Shown here: positions 19,200 through 20,468 of the stretch, one piece after another
Layout: each line of letters opens with the position of its first letter
Numbering within the stretch: position 1 is the stretch's first letter
NCBI GenBank assembly: GCA_036172245.1
Contig: JAYWIR010000055.1
Location: 930,001 to 950,468 of the forward strand
Direction: 5' to 3'
Length of the DNA stretch: 20,468 bases
Source of the DNA: Raillietiella orientalis
Lineage: Eukaryota
The notes under the pieces: model-generated
The model's input: only the letters and a program-made list of their open reading frames with translations
Told to the model about the DNA's origin: nothing
The model's database searches: none
Translations under genes and position numbers: made by a program

Positions 19200-20468
19200 A
19201 TGCCTGAGGACGCCGCTAAGGCGGTGGAGGGGGGCGAGCGAGCCTCGTCCCCCCAACCCATGGATGTGGGGGCCAGCTCCCCCACGGATTCGTCCCCCGC
19301 CCCGGCGAGGGCTTGGAGTGCGGTGGTGGCGGCGCCCGCGCCGCTTCCCACAGAGGAACAGCGGGCCTACGAGGCCCACGGATACAACCCGTCCCTACTC
19401 TATAAGGTAGGTGGGTTGTACTCGCCGGTAATGCTCCGCACGTTCGCCGCGGAATTTAAAAAGTTGAGAGTGCCCGAAGAAGAAGTTCTCGGCCTCTCCG
19501 TGCGCAGTGGCGGTCAGCTCGTCGAGCTGAACTGCAGAACTGCAGGAATGGCACCGCAATTGCTGAGATGCCCGGTGACTGTGAACGGGAGAAGGATTTT
19601 CCTGTTCACAGCCGACAAATCCATCGTCGTCCACCTCACGGGCATAACGATGAGGATGGCAAAGAACGCCGTACGAGCAGAACTCGAGAAATACGGCACC
19701 GTCCACGCTCTGTGGGCTACGCCCAACACCCTGGGTTATACCAGGGCGTTCAGTGGCTATGCCGCCGCGCGTGTGACGGTCCGAGAGGGAAGTGGTTTAC
19801 CCCACCGACTGCAGGTGGATGATGAATACATCGACCTGTGGTACATAGGGAAACCAAAATTTTGTGGAAATTGCGAGGCCATCGGGCACCTCAAACGGAG
19901 GTGCCCTAACATCGTGTGCCTCCGATGTGGTACCAAGGGACACGTACGAAAGGTGTGCCCTTCTCGTTTTGCGTCCACTCCTGCTGGCAACAAGAAAACC
20001 GAGTCGCCACAGGTGCAGGACAAACAGCATCCCCCATCGGGTGAAAGCTCGCAAGCAGGCGAGAAACCGACGCCGGAGGAAGAAAAGGCGGAGAATGGCG
20101 AAGCTGTCGCCGAAAACAGCTGGAAGTTGGTGAAGAAAAAGGAGAGCAAGGGGAAAGGTACAGCCCCCAAGAAAACGGTAAAAACGGTGGCGAAAAGCGT
20201 CCGTCGTTCCACCGTAAACATCGATCGCTTTACCGCGAAGGCTTCCTCCAGCAAGCCGTCGATCGATACCGCAGCTGCAACATCGATCGATAGAGCGGTT
20301 CCGGCCCCGTCCACCGAAATCGCTACGGTAGCGATCGATATCGCGGCACCTGTTGCCAAGATCGATACTATTGTTCCAGTTCCGTCCGCTGGAAGTGTTG
20401 TAGTGGCGAGTGAAAGCTCAGCCGCTGCTGTTCCGATCGATAGCCCGCCGGTTGCGGCTATCGATTCG
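19200..20468 (+). CDS. E7: intact LINE ORF1 (gag-like, RRM-like + two CCHC knuckles), runs off the window (element starts at about 19095)
   Basis: Manual translation from ATG 19200 (MPEDAAKAVEGGERASSPQPMDVG...) finds no stop through 20468. Knuckles CGNCEAIGHLKRRC and CLRCGTKGHVRKVC. Absent from the ORF track because it has no stop in the window. Confidence 0.92.
   Translation, partial: MPEDAAKAVEGGERASSPQPMDVGASSPTDSSPAPARAWSAVVAAPAPLPTEEQRAYEAHGYNPSLLYKVGGLYSPVMLRTFAAEFKKLRVPEEEVLGLSVRSGGQLVELNCRTAGMAPQLLRCPVTVNGRRIFLFTADKSIVVHLTGITMRMAKNAVRAELEKYGTVHALWATPNTLGYTRAFSGYAAARVTVREGSGLPHRLQVDDEYIDLWYIGKPKFCGNCEAIGHLKRRCPNIVCLRCGTKGHVRKVCPSRFASTPAGNKKTESPQVQDKQHPPSGESSQAGEKPTPEEEKAENGEAVAENSWKLVKKKESKGKGTAPKKTVKTVAKSVRRSTVNIDRFTAKASSSKPSIDTAAATSIDRAVPAPSTEIATVAIDIAAPVAKIDTIVPVPSAGSVVVASESSAAAVPIDSPPVAAIDS
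20217..20468 (+). repeat. Degenerate coding repeat (ATCGAT = Ile-Asp) in the Ala/Val/Pro/Ser-rich tail of E7 ORF1
   Basis: Seven in-frame ID dipeptides, all encoded ATC GAT: NIDR, SIDT, SIDR, AIDI, KIDT, PIDS, AIDS. Confidence 0.7.

Overview
Eukaryotic, retrotransposon-dense window with no recognisable host gene; the organism cannot be determined from the sequence. From about 1950 to the right edge it is mostly a pile-up of non-LTR (LINE) retrotransposons of L1/Tx1-like architecture. (i) L-B (11633-17217, minus) is a full-length but nonsense-damaged LINE. It has a CCHC-knuckle ORF1, an APE-RT(YADD)-CCHC ORF2, an exact 15-bp target-site duplication, a 5' TCAGTT and a 3' AATAAA + hairpin + A4. 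(ii) L-A (about 6626-10251, minus) is a second, 5'-truncated LINE. (iii) There are seven copies or fragments (E1-E7) of one gag-like ORF1 family, broadly more intact from left (barely readable) to right (E7, intact and running off the window). Six carry a DPE-like RGACGTG motif or a degraded version of it in the 5' UTR. On the right side the elements are nested, each interrupting the low-complexity C-terminal part of an older ORF1. Most ORFs in the supplied track are antisense or off-frame shadows. The track misses the stop-free frame 18468-20468. An AT-rich, coding-like unassigned segment lies at about 3125-3930.
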